From positions 9,509,957 through 9,573,956 of the forward strand of contig MU053881.1 of NCBI GenBank assembly GCA_013239625.1: a stretch of 64,000 nucleotides of DNA. The letters run 5' to 3'. Every line of letters starts with the position of its first letter. Positions within the stretch are counted from its first letter, which is position 1. This document shows, one piece after another, positions 11,478-26,049 of this stretch. A program made the position numbers and the translations under genes. Origin of the DNA: Lama guanicoe. Taxonomy: Eukaryota. Under the pieces are notes generated by a model. The model saw only the letters and a list, made by a program, of their open reading frames with translations. It was not told the origin of the DNA and made no database searches.

Positions 11478-13899
11478 CCCAGCAACTTTTATTGATGTGC
11501 AACACGCCTAAAACACAAAGATAGGAAAATATTACCAGCTACGCAATAAAGGAGAAAAAATGTAATTTAAGCATACCTATACGTGATTTTTAAAAATTGA
11601 AGAAAAACAAACTGGTATTTCACCAGAGTTAATAAATTCATGCAAAAATATTCAAGCTTCTAATCATAACACAAAGGAGCTAGTGTTGCCCACCGGCTTA
11701 ATTAGCTATTTTCAACCAGTGAGCACATCCAGGTTAGTAGGAGTTGGGGAAGCCTCCTTCTCTCAAACACTGATGCTGAGTGCGTACAAAAGAGAAAGCC
11801 GGCGGGCCTTAAAAATATTTATAGGTTTTGACCTAGAAAATGTATTAGCCTACCGGGCTCCTTCTTCTCCTACTGCCATAGTTTTCAGAAACCTCAGGTA
11901 AAGTACTAAGGGGAGAAATAAATTACCTAGATAGATCCCTAGAGACTTTACTAGGCACGTAGCTTACATCAAACCACGGGCATCAAGAAGAACACAGATT
12001 CTAGCCTGGCTCAAGGGTGGAGGCTTTAGAAATGAAAAAAAAAAAAAGCCCTAAACATACAATAACTTAAAACATTTCCCCCTCTCATTCCTCTCTTGCT
12101 GCACCTCTGTTATCACATATCTAAGTGGGTCGTAGGGAGAGGGAGTATAGAGTTGTGTTGAAAGGCAGAGAACCTAAATCTTAACACAGGCTATTGCTTT
12201 CAGTAACAACTGGTCCTGTCCAGAAAACTATCTTCTCATCCTTGATGCCTGAATGCCATACCCTAAAAATCCCAAATTACAGAATGTATACATTGGATTG
12301 GGGAAATCATCATTATCCTTACCTCACACGTAGACCCTTACTGATGGGGAGGACTGTGACCCTCCAAGGCTGCATGTACCCTTTCAACTCCAACATCTGG
12401 GGTAGGGTTATTTCATGGAGATATTCCAGTTCAATTAGCCAAAAAGAATAAAACAAACCCATGCCAATATGGAACTGTTACAACCGTGTAAACATCAGGT
12501 ATTCAAAGCCAGTCTGCCTCAAAGAATTTGAATAAAGTGTACATTAAGGTTGCCATACTGGAAGTTTTTTTGAGTTCATTTCCAGTAATTTTCTTTTAAT
12601 TTTAGACTTTTATAGGACTCTGATGTCTCACTAGATTTTAATTTGGAGAATTTATGATAAACCATCGAAACCATGAATAAAAAGTTATAGCACAGGGTAC
12701 TTAGTAAGGTATTATTTTTAACAGTGGAAAAAAAACAAGAAAAAGAAACATGCTTATGCCTCCAAATAGGGCATTGGGCATTTAAATTTTGTTACTTGTC
12801 TATGTCAGAATAATACGAATCCACCATCGAAGGTTGCTGTGATTTGGGAGTGTGAAAATTATAACATGAAGCTAAAAAAATTCTACACTGAAATAATAAG
12901 TCCAACCCCCCAGTTGTAAATTGCAGCTTTCAGAAACTAAATTCACACATACTGCAACCAAAGATACTTTCTCCCCTTACTTTGTAGTAAATGTAAGTGG
13001 AAAACTTTAAGTCTCCTTCAGACCATGAGTGATCCTATAAACTCCAGTAATTTATAAAGTAGTTTTATGGCAAAAGACCATCAGTTTGTCTGTTTATTCA
13101 CTTGTTCATCCACTTACGTACGTATCTATGAACTGCCTGATTGTATCATCACTTCCATCTCAAGCTGTAGCAAGTAGCTTTCTTACTGTGGTCATTTTCC
13201 CAGGATGTGGGGGAAAACTGATTCATGCAGACAGACTTTTTACAGATGTGAATTACTTCACACAAGAAAATGGCTAGAGAGTAGCACAAACATGTGTTGA
13301 AACTAAAAAGTAAATACATGAACCTCACCAGAACAGAAACATCATGAATCTAACTGATCTAACCCACCACATAACTTCGGGTTTACTTCATGGGCAAAAA
13401 GACCAGAAGGAAATAAATGCCAAATAATTTCTCCCTTCAGAGAGAGGCAAGGCATCATAGATTTTTATCACCCTATCTGTCTTTTCCAAATTTGCAAAAA
13501 CATATTATTTCTAAAATTTTAAAGACCTCAGGGACATAAGAAACAATGTTCCGAGTGAGTGTAAACGCAGCTTGCACTACCACCTGAAGATTCCTCCTGG
13601 CTGTGCTAAATTACTTCCACCAGAAGCAACTGTTTCAAGACACAGAGAACTGGTCACATGACTTGTCAAAAATTAAAAACCTTGTCAAACTCTTCCCTTT
13701 GTGGCATTATAAACCATTAGTTGTCAAAAATGAGCTATTTACAAAAGCAGCATAAAAAGGGAGGGGGGAATGGCCTATTTCCCTTTTATACTAAGTACGA
13801 TTTACTGATGAAGACTTGAGATGGAGTCTAAAAAAAGGAAACAAAGTTAAGTGGCTCATTTCGTGTTTTGAGAGGTAAAATATTAAGAGGAAAAAGAAG

Positions 13900-14420
13900 T
13901 GCTATCTCATCAATCACAAACCACATAAAGCTGGAAAAGTCATGCAGCCCTTTCCAGCAGTGGCCCGGGCTGAAGAACGCCACTGGCCTAGCGAGACCAC
14001 CTTCTAATGCGTGAGAAGCTATTTCAATCTCCATCCCCATTTAATCACGGGGCTGTTTGAGCACTGACTGCCAATTATCCTGAATTATGTGTCATATAGC
14101 AGGTTTGTGATCTCGGCTATAGTGCATTAGGGACCCAGCGGAGACCACCATGTTGATTGGACAAGGTTCTTAGAGCCGGGATGAATAAATTAATGCAACA
14201 GAATGATTCTGATGAACAGAAGATTGGAGCCAAGCTCCCAGAGATGGAAGATTAGTGGCTAATCAGCTCTAACACCTGGTTTCCATAACACTCTAATAAC
14301 AACTCCACGCGCTGCTGTAACAAAACACAACACCTCTGCCGGGGGGAAAAATGTGAAACAGCCTCAAAAGTTACAGCTTGGGGTGTTTTATTCACGACAG
14401 AATGTATTTCACCTGTTCTT
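13900..14420. promoter_or_regulatory. Putative conserved non-coding / enhancer block
   Basis: Repeat-free, retained CpGs, multiple TAAT/ATTA and ATTGG motifs; conservation inferred, not measured. Confidence 0.35.
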
Positions 14421-16687
14421 GGAAAATTAAGAGCAGCGGTAATCCTCCTGCACCTCCACCCCCTTTATAATGGGATGGAGGGCAGGGAGGGCTGTGAACT
14501 CCAAACAACCAAGTACCCTGGAGAACAGACTGAATGAGAACCCCACTGCTGCTCACTTTCCAATTCAACTTACATCAGCTAAAGGGAGGCAGTGAAGAAA
14601 GAAGGAATGGGGAGGAATATGAGGAAGGTTGGGGGGCGGGGAGGAGTGTGGGGGACGGGCGTCCCAACAGCTACTGTTGATGGAAATTTAGAGTCACTTT
14701 CCATGGTGAAGAGAGACCCCATGTAATAGTCAAGTCCGACCTTTTTAACCTTTAGGTTCAGGGTAAACAAATGCAAAATCCCCCAGAACACTTACTTTGG
14801 TTAATCTGGAGAGAATGCCAGCCCCTTAACATCTACCATGTAAAAATCAAGATGCAAGACACAAGTAGTTCTCAAACAAAAGCAAGCAAAGGTCTTCAAG
14901 TCTACCTGGTGTCGCTGCTCCTCGCCCCACAAATGAGGAAGTGCCATTTTGGCCAAGGCTGTCAGTCCGCATCAGAGGACGCGGTCCTCCCAAGACCCGC
15001 AGGATCCACCATCGGTCTCCCTTCCACCATTTGCTCCTCGAAAGGCAAGTGACCAATGAGGACGAGCTTTGTTAAATCAGAGAGCGCTTCCCTGGGACAA
15101 ACTGATGTTCACAACACCTGAGGCTGTGCTGGAGTAGCACTTTGACGTCTAGCCGCGTGGAGGAATCAAAGCAGGAGAATGATTCTCTTACGACTATTTA
15201 AAAATTGGTTAGTGCATTCTGTACTAACCTTGCCGGCAAATCTAACCAAGAAAGTAAGACCCAATTTATTAACAGAGAAGTTTGGAGCTGTAGTTGGTGG
15301 TAAGGAGGGGTTATTCACATTACAGGAAAAAAAGAAATTGCTTAATGGAAGACACGTGGTTAATGCTGCTGGATTTTTTTCAAACATGATGTGATACACA
15401 AAAAGGAGACTGACACTCAACCTTTCAAAGAAACAATCCCTTTTTTCAAAGGCGGGTTGGCCTGCCTTGCGGCTTCTATTGGCAACTACGATTTCTATTC
15501 ACACCACCGGACTTTCTAGTCACAATCTGCTTAGTTCTGGAACTTAATCTCTAGCCTGGGGTGGGATCATCAATTTGGATTTCGTGTTTTCTTTTGTATC
15601 CAGGTAACCTCCCCACACAGGACACATGGCTGTGCCCCACATTCGGCTCAGCAGCCTGTGAGGACCCACGCTTTTTGCAGTGACTGACAGAGAAGCCACC
15701 TCCACACTGTCCCAAGGGCTGTTTCCAAGTTTGGTCTCCCAAAAGGAAACTCGCTCAAGTCCTCCCAGCCTGCTGTCAGACAGACCCATTTTCACAGCTT
15801 CCTTCCTTCAACACCTGATTCCTTCTTTGCCTCAGCCAGCCTGGCTGAAGACAGACGGGGGGAGAACAGCTGTTTTAATCCGTGTGACAGAAGAACTCCT
15901 TTCCTTCACCCTTTTTGCAGTGTTTCACCCCCAGACTCAGACTTAAGCCTCAGGGTCAAAGGAAAGAGATCTGTCTTTCAGACGCAGTGTCCGACAATAA
16001 ACCCAGGTGAGATGATAGCTAATACTCTGTTTTTATTGTTTTATTTTCTCTCTGTTGAAATATTTTAGTGTCATGAAATGAAGATTCCTCTTGAAATAGA
16101 CCTTCAAAGAGAAATTGGGGTCCAGCGGGGGAAGTCGGTCTTTGAAAGGACTGATTCAACTTGTAATCATGAAAGCCACCCTCTGGGATATATGCTGAAT
16201 TTCACTTTGTTAAAAATGTTTTCTCTTCTTACCCCAAATGATAAATGCCCTCAACCGTCAAGCAGAAAAATGCCAGACATCATCAGGGTTCTGCTGAAAG
16301 ATTACCTCAGACACCGCCAAAGGGGCCCCTGGACACTCACAGCAGTCATCTCGGACGTCAGGGGACCCGCAGGGAGCAGTTTTCTGTGTATACAGCATAA
16401 GTGAGAACACAGGTGTTATAACAACAAAACCCTCATATCTGGAGTAAGAGAAGCTTTGCTTCCTGCCCCCTGAAAGACACTCTGAAGGTTTCTGAAGGGC
16501 ATGCAAGAAGCTTGGAGGTACATGTCATTTTTCTGAGCAACTCCAGTCAACAAATCATCTCCAAAAGAGATGGAACCCAATGACCTAGCCTACCCATGCC
16601 CGTCCTGTGGTTACATCATGAAGTTTCTACAACACTGAATAGACAGGAATCTTGAGGAAGAGCTGGAAATCCAAGACGGTGACTGAC

Positions 16688-16795
16688 TGTGGGTCACAGA
16701 ACTTTGAGAATCCGGTGACACATATAAAAACCTCACTCCAGAAAATTGCAGGTATGCGTATACACATAACAATGCACACATTATTTCAGGGTTTT
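16688..16795. mobile_element. hAT-Charlie-type MITE fragment
   Basis: 'gggtcacagaactttgagaatccggtga...ccagaaaattgca...atttcaggggtt' resembles Charlie-derived MER elements. Confidence 0.55.
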
Positions 16796-17179
16796 AGTCA
16801 AGGACAAGAATCGCTATAAATGATAATAAATAAAATAATCTTGTCACGTACAATGTCACACAAAAGCACACTAAAATCCCCAAATCAACTACATTCTGAG
16901 CTTTAAGAGGAAAGATTGAAACCGGTGTGTTAAATGGGTTATAGTAAGCAAAGAAAAAAAAAAGAGCTCTGATTAACACTAAATCACGTACCGCTGGAAG
17001 GCAGGGGCAGGGAGGTGGTGAGTGGAGAAATTGCAAAGGATAATATATTGGTTTACTCAGTACGCTTCTCAGGAAGAAAACCAAAGAAATTATATCTGAT
17101 CAGGATTCCTGTACTGGAAAGTTTCAACAATCAATGGAAGCAAAAAATTACGGCAACAAGGTGCTGTGGGAAGTACCTT

Positions 17180-17362
17180 TTCCACGGGCACTGGACCCAG
17201 GCGGTATTTCATAACATTAGGAAGATGCCGTCTGTTATCTATAAAATCAGTATGTTGCGTGTATCTAACTTACAGGCAATAGGGTGGCCTGAATGAGTTA
17301 ACGTGTCTGAAAGAGATGTGCAGATTGTTAGGTACTGTACAAATGTCAATTATCACTGTTTC
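17180..17362 (+). mobile_element. Degenerate MIR
   Basis: 'ttatctataaaatcag...aacttacagg...aatgagttaacgtgtctgaaag...gtactgtacaaatgtcaattat'. Confidence 0.55.
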
Positions 17363-17789
17363 CAAAGTGCTGCAGACTTTTAGTAATATTCAGACTGGAC
17401 AAAAACTTACAAGGTCCTGGCCTCCCTTTTTGCTTGCTCACGCATTAACCTAATGTAGGCGCCTGAACTGTTTAGAGTGCTAAAAAAGCAGACATACAGC
17501 TATGTACCCCAACAGAATTAGTACAGCAGCTGAAGTCTAGAATTCAGTCTGCAGCCATGCTAAACTAGTAATGTCTGCATCAATTATACCTTGCATTTTC
17601 CATATTATTTAAAACAGCCATCTCCAAACTGGGTTGCATCCCTCAGGTTTGGGGGCAAAAAAAAAAAAAAATCACTGGGATAAAAGGAAGAAAACACGAG
17701 AACTACTATTCACTTTGATTTCTTTACCTTGTTTTGGAGAAAAATATTCATTTTCATTTAACAATCTGCATGGCATATCAGTGCAGTTA

Positions 17790-17925
17790 CATATTTACTT
17801 TATATATATCTCATATAAATATATATAATAAATATATATATTATATAATTAAATATATTAAGTATATTATATATTATATATAAATATATATAAATGTATT
17901 TAATTTATATAGAAATATATACGTA
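17790..17925. repeat. AT-rich degenerate (TA)n tract
   Basis: Direct reading. Confidence 0.9.
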
Positions 17926-17985
17926 TGTTAGAGACTGTGTTTACATGTTTTACTGCTTGGTGTGCATGCTCAAGAAATGTCAAAT

Positions 17986-18205
17986 GAAGGGACAGACTGG
18001 GATTTCAAAATGTAGAACAGATAAACAAGATTATACTGTATAGCACAGGGAAATATATATAAGATCTTATGGTAGCTCACAGAGAAAAAAATGTGACAAT
18101 GAATTATATATATGTTCATGTATAACTGAAAAATTGTGCTCTACACTGAAATTTGACACAACTTTGTAAAATGATTATAAATCGATAAAAAATATTAAAA
18201 AAAAA
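17986..18205 (+). mobile_element. Short lineage-specific L1 3' end
   Basis: 'ataaacaagattatactgtatagcacagggaaatatata...gtgctctacactgaaatttgacacaac' homologous to the other L1 3' UTRs; poly-A tail. Confidence 0.92.
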
Positions 18206-19974
18206 ACACAGGGACTAGACAGAAACACTGGTAACACACAGACCTTTGAGAGGGGTGAGGGTAAAGTTAACAAAATAAAAGGGTATTTGGACAAAAAGTT
18301 TGAGATTTAAAAAAAATATCAAATATACATGTCCTTTTATGTACATAGCATTATTTGACCCTCCTAGCTGTGTTGGATTATTAAGGAAATCACGCCTGGG
18401 AAGACAGATTTCCACATCATATTATCTAGCAGGACAAGGACAGAATTCCAGGTTTTGGCTCTAAGACCTACACTCCAGACCTTTACACCAAACTGGCCCC
18501 TTCTAAATTCTCCTTTTTGCAGCTGTCACCAAAAAGTAGCCCGAGGGCTATAGAACAGACTACCTGGGGTTAAATCAGCAAACACAAAAATGGGATGAAG
18601 ACACAAGAACGGGAGACGGGGTGACTTTCTTGGATAGGTTCAGAGCCACTCTGCTAATCCTGTACAGTAATATGTACAAATAAGGGTCAGGCACTCAGAG
18701 ACCCCAACCATTGCAAATTGATCATGATCACTACCATGGAACGCCCTTTAAGTGCGCCAATAGACATTTAAATATGGTAGACATGAGACACTTTGCTCTA
18801 CCCCACCCCATTAAATCAGAACAAAATAAAAACAAAAACTTGCTACCACCTCTAAGTTTATGTATTATTTATAAATGGCATTTTCAGTATTTCTGGCTCT
18901 TTCCTACCTAGTATAAGGTGCTATATAAATGCTAACCATTGTTTGTATTTTATAAGCCCCAGCCAGAGGAAAGATGTATGCACCTTGGTTTCTGCAATAA
19001 GGGCAAAAAAGGCTGGAAAGAAATTGCCTATTCTCGATTACAGCAGCATGAACTTCACTTCCTCACTTTGTGTTCTCCTCCTTGTTTTCTGGTTCAAGAC
19101 TATGCTCAGAGCCAAGAATTCATTTTCTGGGATATATCTTCGAAGGGTATGTTTTCAACAACAGGAATTAGTATAATTCTTGAAAACACCAAGTAATCTG
19201 TTCTGAGTGAGTTTTGTGTACACAGGTTGAGTGACCAGAAATGGCTCTAAAAACAACCTATCTTCCTGAATATGGAGATTTCAAAATCGTGTGTGCTTTT
19301 GGGCAAAAAAACAAATGTTAGAAAGCTTTGTTCTGAAGAAAATTGTAAGATTACCTTTACTGTGTAAAATGAGATGGGCATTTAACAATAAACTTACTAT
19401 ATTAGTTGCAGTAAATTTATTATATTAGTACATTTCCATTTCTGAAATTCGTATCTGAAATGTGTTTTAAAAATTCAGTAGATGGCCATTTTTTTCTTTA
19501 TCTTATGGTTCAGGTAGCTCATAACGCTGATTTTGCAAGTTGTGTTGCTTGGATGTGAGTCACTTACATATAAAATACATACATCACAGAGTCAGAGACT
19601 CTGAAGGCTGGCAAATCTTTAAAACAAGCTAGATGATCTCTCATTTTTAAGGGAGAACAGAGTGCCATTTCCCCAAATGGAAAATCAAACAGCTGGGTCC
19701 GTATATGATGGGAACCTAAACATGATGTATTTATCCAGCAAATATTTGCTGAGAATGGATCACTGGCCTGATTCTGGGTGTATAGTTGTATCTGAAGACA
19801 ATGATGTGGCCGTCTAAATTATCAAAACTAAGGGAGATATGAAATGTGTCATTTGTTGACAAGAAAGATGGCTTAACAACATGTTATCAGGTTTTTTCCT
19901 AGGTAAATAAGTATTTTGCTAACAGGGAAACTTCAATTTAAACATCTGTGTTATTAACAAGTATTACATCTATC

Positions 19975-20082
19975 AGATTTGCACACCAGGAAATTGCACG
20001 GAGACGATTTCCTTGAAGCTCTAGATGGAGTAAGTGGTAGAGTCAGGACCAATATAAATATCAGTTACACCAAGCTGAATGC
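19975..20082 (-). mobile_element. Degenerate MIR fragment
   Basis: 'gtaagtggtagagtcagga' and weak similarity to the MIR core. Confidence 0.4.
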
Positions 20083-21059
20083 ATCATCAAAACAGCATCA
20101 TTTTCATGCTTGACCTTCTGTACCATCACTTCTAATCATGTGTGTGAATGCAAGGGATAAAATAGACGACAATGAGGGATGATTTACAGCAAATCACGGT
20201 GAAAAATGACATAATGGGCCTTTAAATGCAACCTTCCCTAAACTGTATAAATAACATTAGTTCTCCTTGCTTGCATTTGTGGTAAAGAGGCAGAGGACAG
20301 AAATAAAGAGCTAATGGGAGATAAGTTAAAAAAACAACAAAAAAAAAGCGATTCACTTTACTGTTAGAATCTCTTCTTGAGCTTAAACACAATGTTAATA
20401 TTTTTAAAATTAGGTGTAAATATTTAATAACGTGTTTATATTAATGGACACTTTACACATTTCATAAGATCTCCCCCAAATAGTTTTGACCTCAAAATAG
20501 CATGATGTTATTACTATTATTTGTAATTTGGGAGGAACTTCCTTGTTAAAGCAATAGAAGAGGAGTGGACCCTCTGTCTGAAATGCTACAAACATAGGAA
20601 ATTGGTAGACTTATATGGAAACTCACTATATTTCTACACCTGCTCTTAAAAAATAAGTTATTTCTCTAACAATTTATTTGGGAATAGAGTAAAAAGGCAA
20701 ATGTAAAATTAGAAGTTATGAATTCTTTTTAATTTAGAAATTTTCTAAGGTTGTAAAAACAATAAAGGGCATAAAAAGCTTAGAAATAATTTTATAAAGA
20801 TTTCTAAAGTCATTTCTTTAAAAAATTTTTCTAGTCACTAATAGTCACTAATTGTGTAGTAGAAAATGGACAAAAAACATCAGGATGAAGCTTTAGATTA
20901 AAATACAAGATTCAAAGAGTACTTTAAAAAAGCAACAAAAGTCTTTCAAGAAAATAAGAAATATTTATGTAATGTTAAATGGATGCATTGAGCTGCCCCA
21001 CTAATCTATTTGAAGAATAATTTCATTCATTCAATTGAATTTAGAAAAAAATCATCAAA

Positions 21060-21100
21060 TATATACATATATATATAAATATATATACATACATATATAT
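21060..21100. repeat. (TA)n/(TACA)n microsatellite
   Basis: Direct reading. Confidence 0.85.
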
Positions 21101-21932
21101 CATAGCAGAAATTTCCTCTCTATAGGAATTTTTAAACTTAAATCAACATCATTAACAATGCTGTTTTTCATCTCAGCATCCAAGTAGCAAATGATAAAAT
21201 AACATTTAATTGAAATGTTTTGCTACTGTTTTAAATTTTTACAAGAAAGCAAATTGCACCTATGTTTTAAATTTGATAAGGATTATTAGTTATCAAAAAT
21301 TACAAAATCTTTCTCAGTTTTAGTTGCATTATGAACGAAAACTCAAAAGTTAAGATCTGCTGCTTACAAATGACTGCTTTTTTTGGTAGAAATAAACAGG
21401 GAACACCGCATACACAGTACCCAGGCATGAAGAGTAAGGAAAAGCTTTTTCATTCTAAATCCCTTCTAAAGAAATCTAAGATTTGGGGCAACACGTAATA
21501 TGTAGATTTCTTAAGTTTCATAACAAAACAAAAATGCAAGAGCTGTATATTGTTGCACGTGCTGTTTTACAATGCAAATTCATTTTAACATGTTTGTCCA
21601 TCTCGCCACTGAAACCAACATATCTCACCATTTTTATTCCATGCAGAACTGGTTATGTAGTTTCAATCTTTCCACTGATACATTGATATGCAAGTGGGAA
21701 CTCATTTAGGTACTTTCTGCTTTACACAACACTACTTCTTATTCCTAGGCTGAGGCAAAGGCACAGTTAGATCTTTTCTGCTTTACACAAAAGTATGTCA
21801 TTCATCGTTGTTGACTGACAGGTAGGACGTGTGAAAAACACACACACTCAACACAAATGAGCTGCTTCCTCGAAAAACCACAGAACCAAGAGAAATCAAA
21901 GTTCTAAAAATGCAAACACTTGTGCTGATTTA

Positions 21933-22031
21933 AAAGAAAGGATGAAGAGAAGGAAGGAATGTAAAAGGGAGAAAGGAACAGGGGGAGGAAGGGAAAATAA
22001 TTCTGATAAGGGAGAGAGAGGAGGTAAGGGA
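21933..22031. repeat. GA-rich low-complexity tract
   Basis: Direct reading. Confidence 0.75.
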
Positions 22032-22616
22032 TGCCCTTGGGTTTGTTTCTATAACAACGTTAACAGTTTCAATTCAGGGAAAATCAGGCCAACCAGTTCA
22101 GCAGTTTTACTGCCCTAAGTTCTAAAATACCATGGCTGCTGTACCCAAATTTCCCACAAAGCCTTTTAGGAATACCACTGTGCACATATAGGCCATGGTT
22201 ATTTCTGGCCGATCGTTATGCTGATCTGCTCCTTACACAACTAAGAATCACTAGGGTTGAGAAATCGAAGTGCCCGCTCACAGACAAACTGAACCAGCCA
22301 TCGGGTAACCGAGTCCATCCGGCTTAGATGATTTCTTTCTCACAGGAGAGGATTTGTAAATGAGCCACTGAATCTGAAAAAAGCTGGGGGAGACGGAGAG
22401 GTGAGGAGGAAACAGTGCAAGCATTAGGTCAAAAGGGAGCAAGGTGACTCCCTGGGGCCTGAGCCAGCTCCCTGTCCAGCGTTTCCCAGTCCTGCCTTTC
22501 GGGAATATCCTTCCTGTCTGCTCTGTGATCTCGGTCTTGACTCCTGGGAAACTTCATCTTTATTATTTTAGAACCGTCCACACGAAGCTGCTATCGGGCC
22601 TTCGAGCTCCAACACA

Positions 22617-22730
22617 CAGGGTGGCCGACTCTCCTGCTTTGCCTGGGACCCAGGAGCTTCTGGGGACCTGAGACTTCTGGTGCTGAAACCGGGAATGCCA
22701 GGGACAAACTGGGGCAAGTTGGTCTCCCTC
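22617..22730 (+). mobile_element. hAT-Blackjack MITE (MER81-like), full length
   Basis: Imperfect terminal inverted repeats AGGGTGGCCGACT / AGTTGGTCTCCCT, 114 bp, internal 'gtgctgaaaccggga'. Confidence 0.85.
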
Positions 22731-25700
22731 CCTAACCACCAATTTCTTCTTCTGTCCTCAGGTCCCACCAGCCACACAGACGTTCTTAACTCTTCAGTCA
22801 GGGCCAGAAACAAAATGAGTTAAAAATAAAGCTATCAGGATAAAACCGGAAGTTCAGCAAGGCCTCAGGTAGCTTATGTCGTCAATAAGCTTTATTTACT
22901 GAAGAAGAAGAAAAAAAAAAGCCTGCAGTGTATAAATCCTATAGTGACTGCTAATCCCCTCCAGGAAAAAAAAATTAAAAATAAAATAAAAAAGAATGCA
23001 GCTGATAAATTACTTACCGAAAATGTAACGCTCAAAGCAGTTACCACAATGCAATAATTATTGGACTTGATTAAACATAAAAATAAATCTGTCTTTTACT
23101 TCTCTCTCATCCCATTAGTACGTACAATGAAAGGAAAAGCCTTTTTAAAAGGTACCTCACGGCCAATTCTTTTCCTCCTTAATTCTGCATTGTAACAAAC
23201 AAAGGTAAAATCAAAAATCATGCAAGCGGTGAAGTATAAGCTTTTCCCCATTATCCTTAGAAGGGTGACAGTGCCAATTAAAAACACGTTCCTGTGCAGC
23301 TCTCAGCAAATGCTTTTTTTTTCTTAACTCCTTGATAGTGGAATGCCTTATTAAGAGGAAAAGAATCACAAAGCGTAATGGCTTATAAACCATCAATAGT
23401 TCTGAAAAAGTCTAGTGGTCTATGGACCCTCTCCTAACCTCACTGACATAACTAATATTCCCTGTTCATAAAGTCTGAGACAAAAATGAGGATCTAATCT
23501 CTAAAACTGTATGCTAACCATGTTGCCTTTCTCAAAGTAACAAGGAAAAAAGCTGGAGTATTCAATAAAACGTGGTCAAATGAAGTTCTTTTCTGCTTTA
23601 AACGGAAGACAGCGACCCGATTTGAGACGCCTGTGTGCAAGTCTCAATGTGACTTTTTCCCTCTGTTGAGATGCTTGGCTTTGATTTTATTTTTATCATT
23701 TGCGCTCTGAAATGCCAACACCACGCCATTCCTACAAAACACGCTTTTATCCATCTTTTTCTTTTTCTTTTTTTTTTCAAGTCCGCGTTCAAGTTAGAAA
23801 GTAAGTCATATCTCCAGATCTCGTTTTGTAAAGGTTGTACTCGCCACAGGCTTAACACGACGGTGGGAGACAGTGTGGAAGGGATCGATAAAGCAGTATT
23901 ACCCTTTGTGATGGTGAGTCTTGGCAGGACGTTCCAGCTTAACTCTGCTGTCTGCGCTGACGCTCCATCCTCACCCACTGGGAGAGAGGACTAAAGCATC
24001 GCGCTGGACCAAGAGCCCCCGACGAGGATGAGAAACGGGCTTCCTTCACCTTGCTCTGGGGCTGCTTTCATAAAGCTGGAGAAAATTTGGATGCCCGAAG
24101 ATAGAGTTTTGAATTTGAAAGACAAAGGCAGAAACACCCTGAGGTCTGAGGGCATAGGCCCTGACATGCAGACAGGTGCCGGCATCACTTGGGAAGTTTC
24201 ACTTTGGCAGGGGGCCCAGCCATGCAGCTCTTCCCCAACTCCCACGTGTCACGGGTGATTTTCAAAAGCCAGCCATTGTGGTGGCCGGGATGCCACACCA
24301 CCACGTCAGTGAGTTTATATTAATCACCTCTTTCACTTGCCAAGTGGACTCGGGGAATATGAAGTTAAATGTGCCTCTAAAAGCAATGTTTATAATTTGT
24401 CACTTGGCACTATGAGACTGAGATCACAGCTCTGAGGTTAAGAATGCCATGGGGGGGAGGGGGCGGTGTAAGGAGCTGACCGCATGGTTCCCATCCTGTT
24501 CCTGGAGAGTCCCTGATGCTCTGTGGGTCTGACCACCTCCAGGCTTTCCATGTTTCACAACAGGGACCATACTAATCTGCGGTAGTTTTTTTCCCCCCTA
24601 GTAAAGAGTGCTGACTTTCATTTAATTAAACAGACCTCACTTTGCTATTCAGGCCAAGTCAATGATAAGTGATACAAATTCATTTGTAGGACCTTGTGAC
24701 ACTACAGCTAACTTCAGCCCTTTTCTGCATCTTTATTCTCTTTCAGGCCACATTTCAACGACTTTCCCTGACACAAATATCAGTAGCCTCCTGCCCCTTA
24801 TCCTCTTTCACATCAACTGTTCCTCTCAGCAGACTACACAATTTCTCTTGAGTCTTGATACACCCCCTCCAGTCACCAGCATCAGACCAAGTCAGTTCTC
24901 ATTAATCCAGTGCACCTTTGAATATCTGATGCAAAAAGTGTCACTGCTTCACAAACACTGACAGAGACCCTACCGTGGAATACATGCAAATAAATGAGGA
25001 AAGGGCTGCAGAAAACTGAAAACTGTATTTCCTGAATCTCAGCACATTATCTGCGAGGGACTGAAAACCAGCTCAAATAGGACATTTGCAGATTCACACA
25101 ACTTGGGACCCTTCTCCATTCTAGGAGGAGAAGACCTACAGAGATGGGTTTCTGATTTTGGTCTAATTAGCTATTTCCCAGACTTGTAGCGATCCCCTGT
25201 ATTCTAATGTTTTAGGGCTTATATTTACAAATATCTCAAATGATACCTTAATATACATGTACTAGTCATTCAGCACAAACACCATCCATTACACCTTTTT
25301 AGGCTGCCAGGAGAAAAACTGGAGAAAGGAGCCCTGCCCCTTTATCATGTACAACATACTTACTTCCCTTTTGTCTAAACTTCCCCTGCCTGGATTACAC
25401 CTGGTGGTTACTTTTATAACTAAAAGCATCATTAATGTGATTAACTAAAGAGCCAGCTGCCCTGGATCAACACCTCCAACAATGCTAAGAACTTGCAGGA
25501 GCTTTGACATTGCAATTTCTCTTCACCACGTCCCGGATACAATTCTTAGGTCGAGCTGTGTACGGCCCCTGAAAGTGGGAGGGGACAGTATTAAAAACAC
25601 ACCCCCTCATCCAGGTCCGCACCCAGATCAAGCCACAGGGATCACACAGAGACTCCTTTCTTTTCCATCCCAATAAGAGTTATTTCCCCCTATTTACTAA

Positions 25701-26049
25701 ATTGATATCTTTTTCTAATAGCTTTCAGAAAATATAAACCTTTGTGTAAGGCACCTGACATAGAAGACACAGTTTTGAGTAAAAGAATAAGGCTTGCCCT
25801 TAAAGGACAGCAAATCCAACAGACAAGTCACAAATACAAACGGTTGTAACTGAGACCTCTGCAAAGCTTCTGAAGTCAGACAAGCATGGTGCCTCTGCTT
25901 CTGTGGAAGCAAGGGCTTAATGTGGATTTCTGAGCTGCATTTGGACCTAGCTTTCAAAGTTGGTAGAGGAATAAATAAGACTGTGAAGCCTTTAGTCCAA
26001 AGCTCCAAAATAATGCACTTGTAGTAAAGATACATGATTTCAATACATA

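Noticed and set aside
14631..14659. G-quadruplex-like G-runs (also 6822, 26224, 51996)
   Set aside because: Loops exceed 7 nt or only three runs are present; common in mammalian DNA with no supporting context
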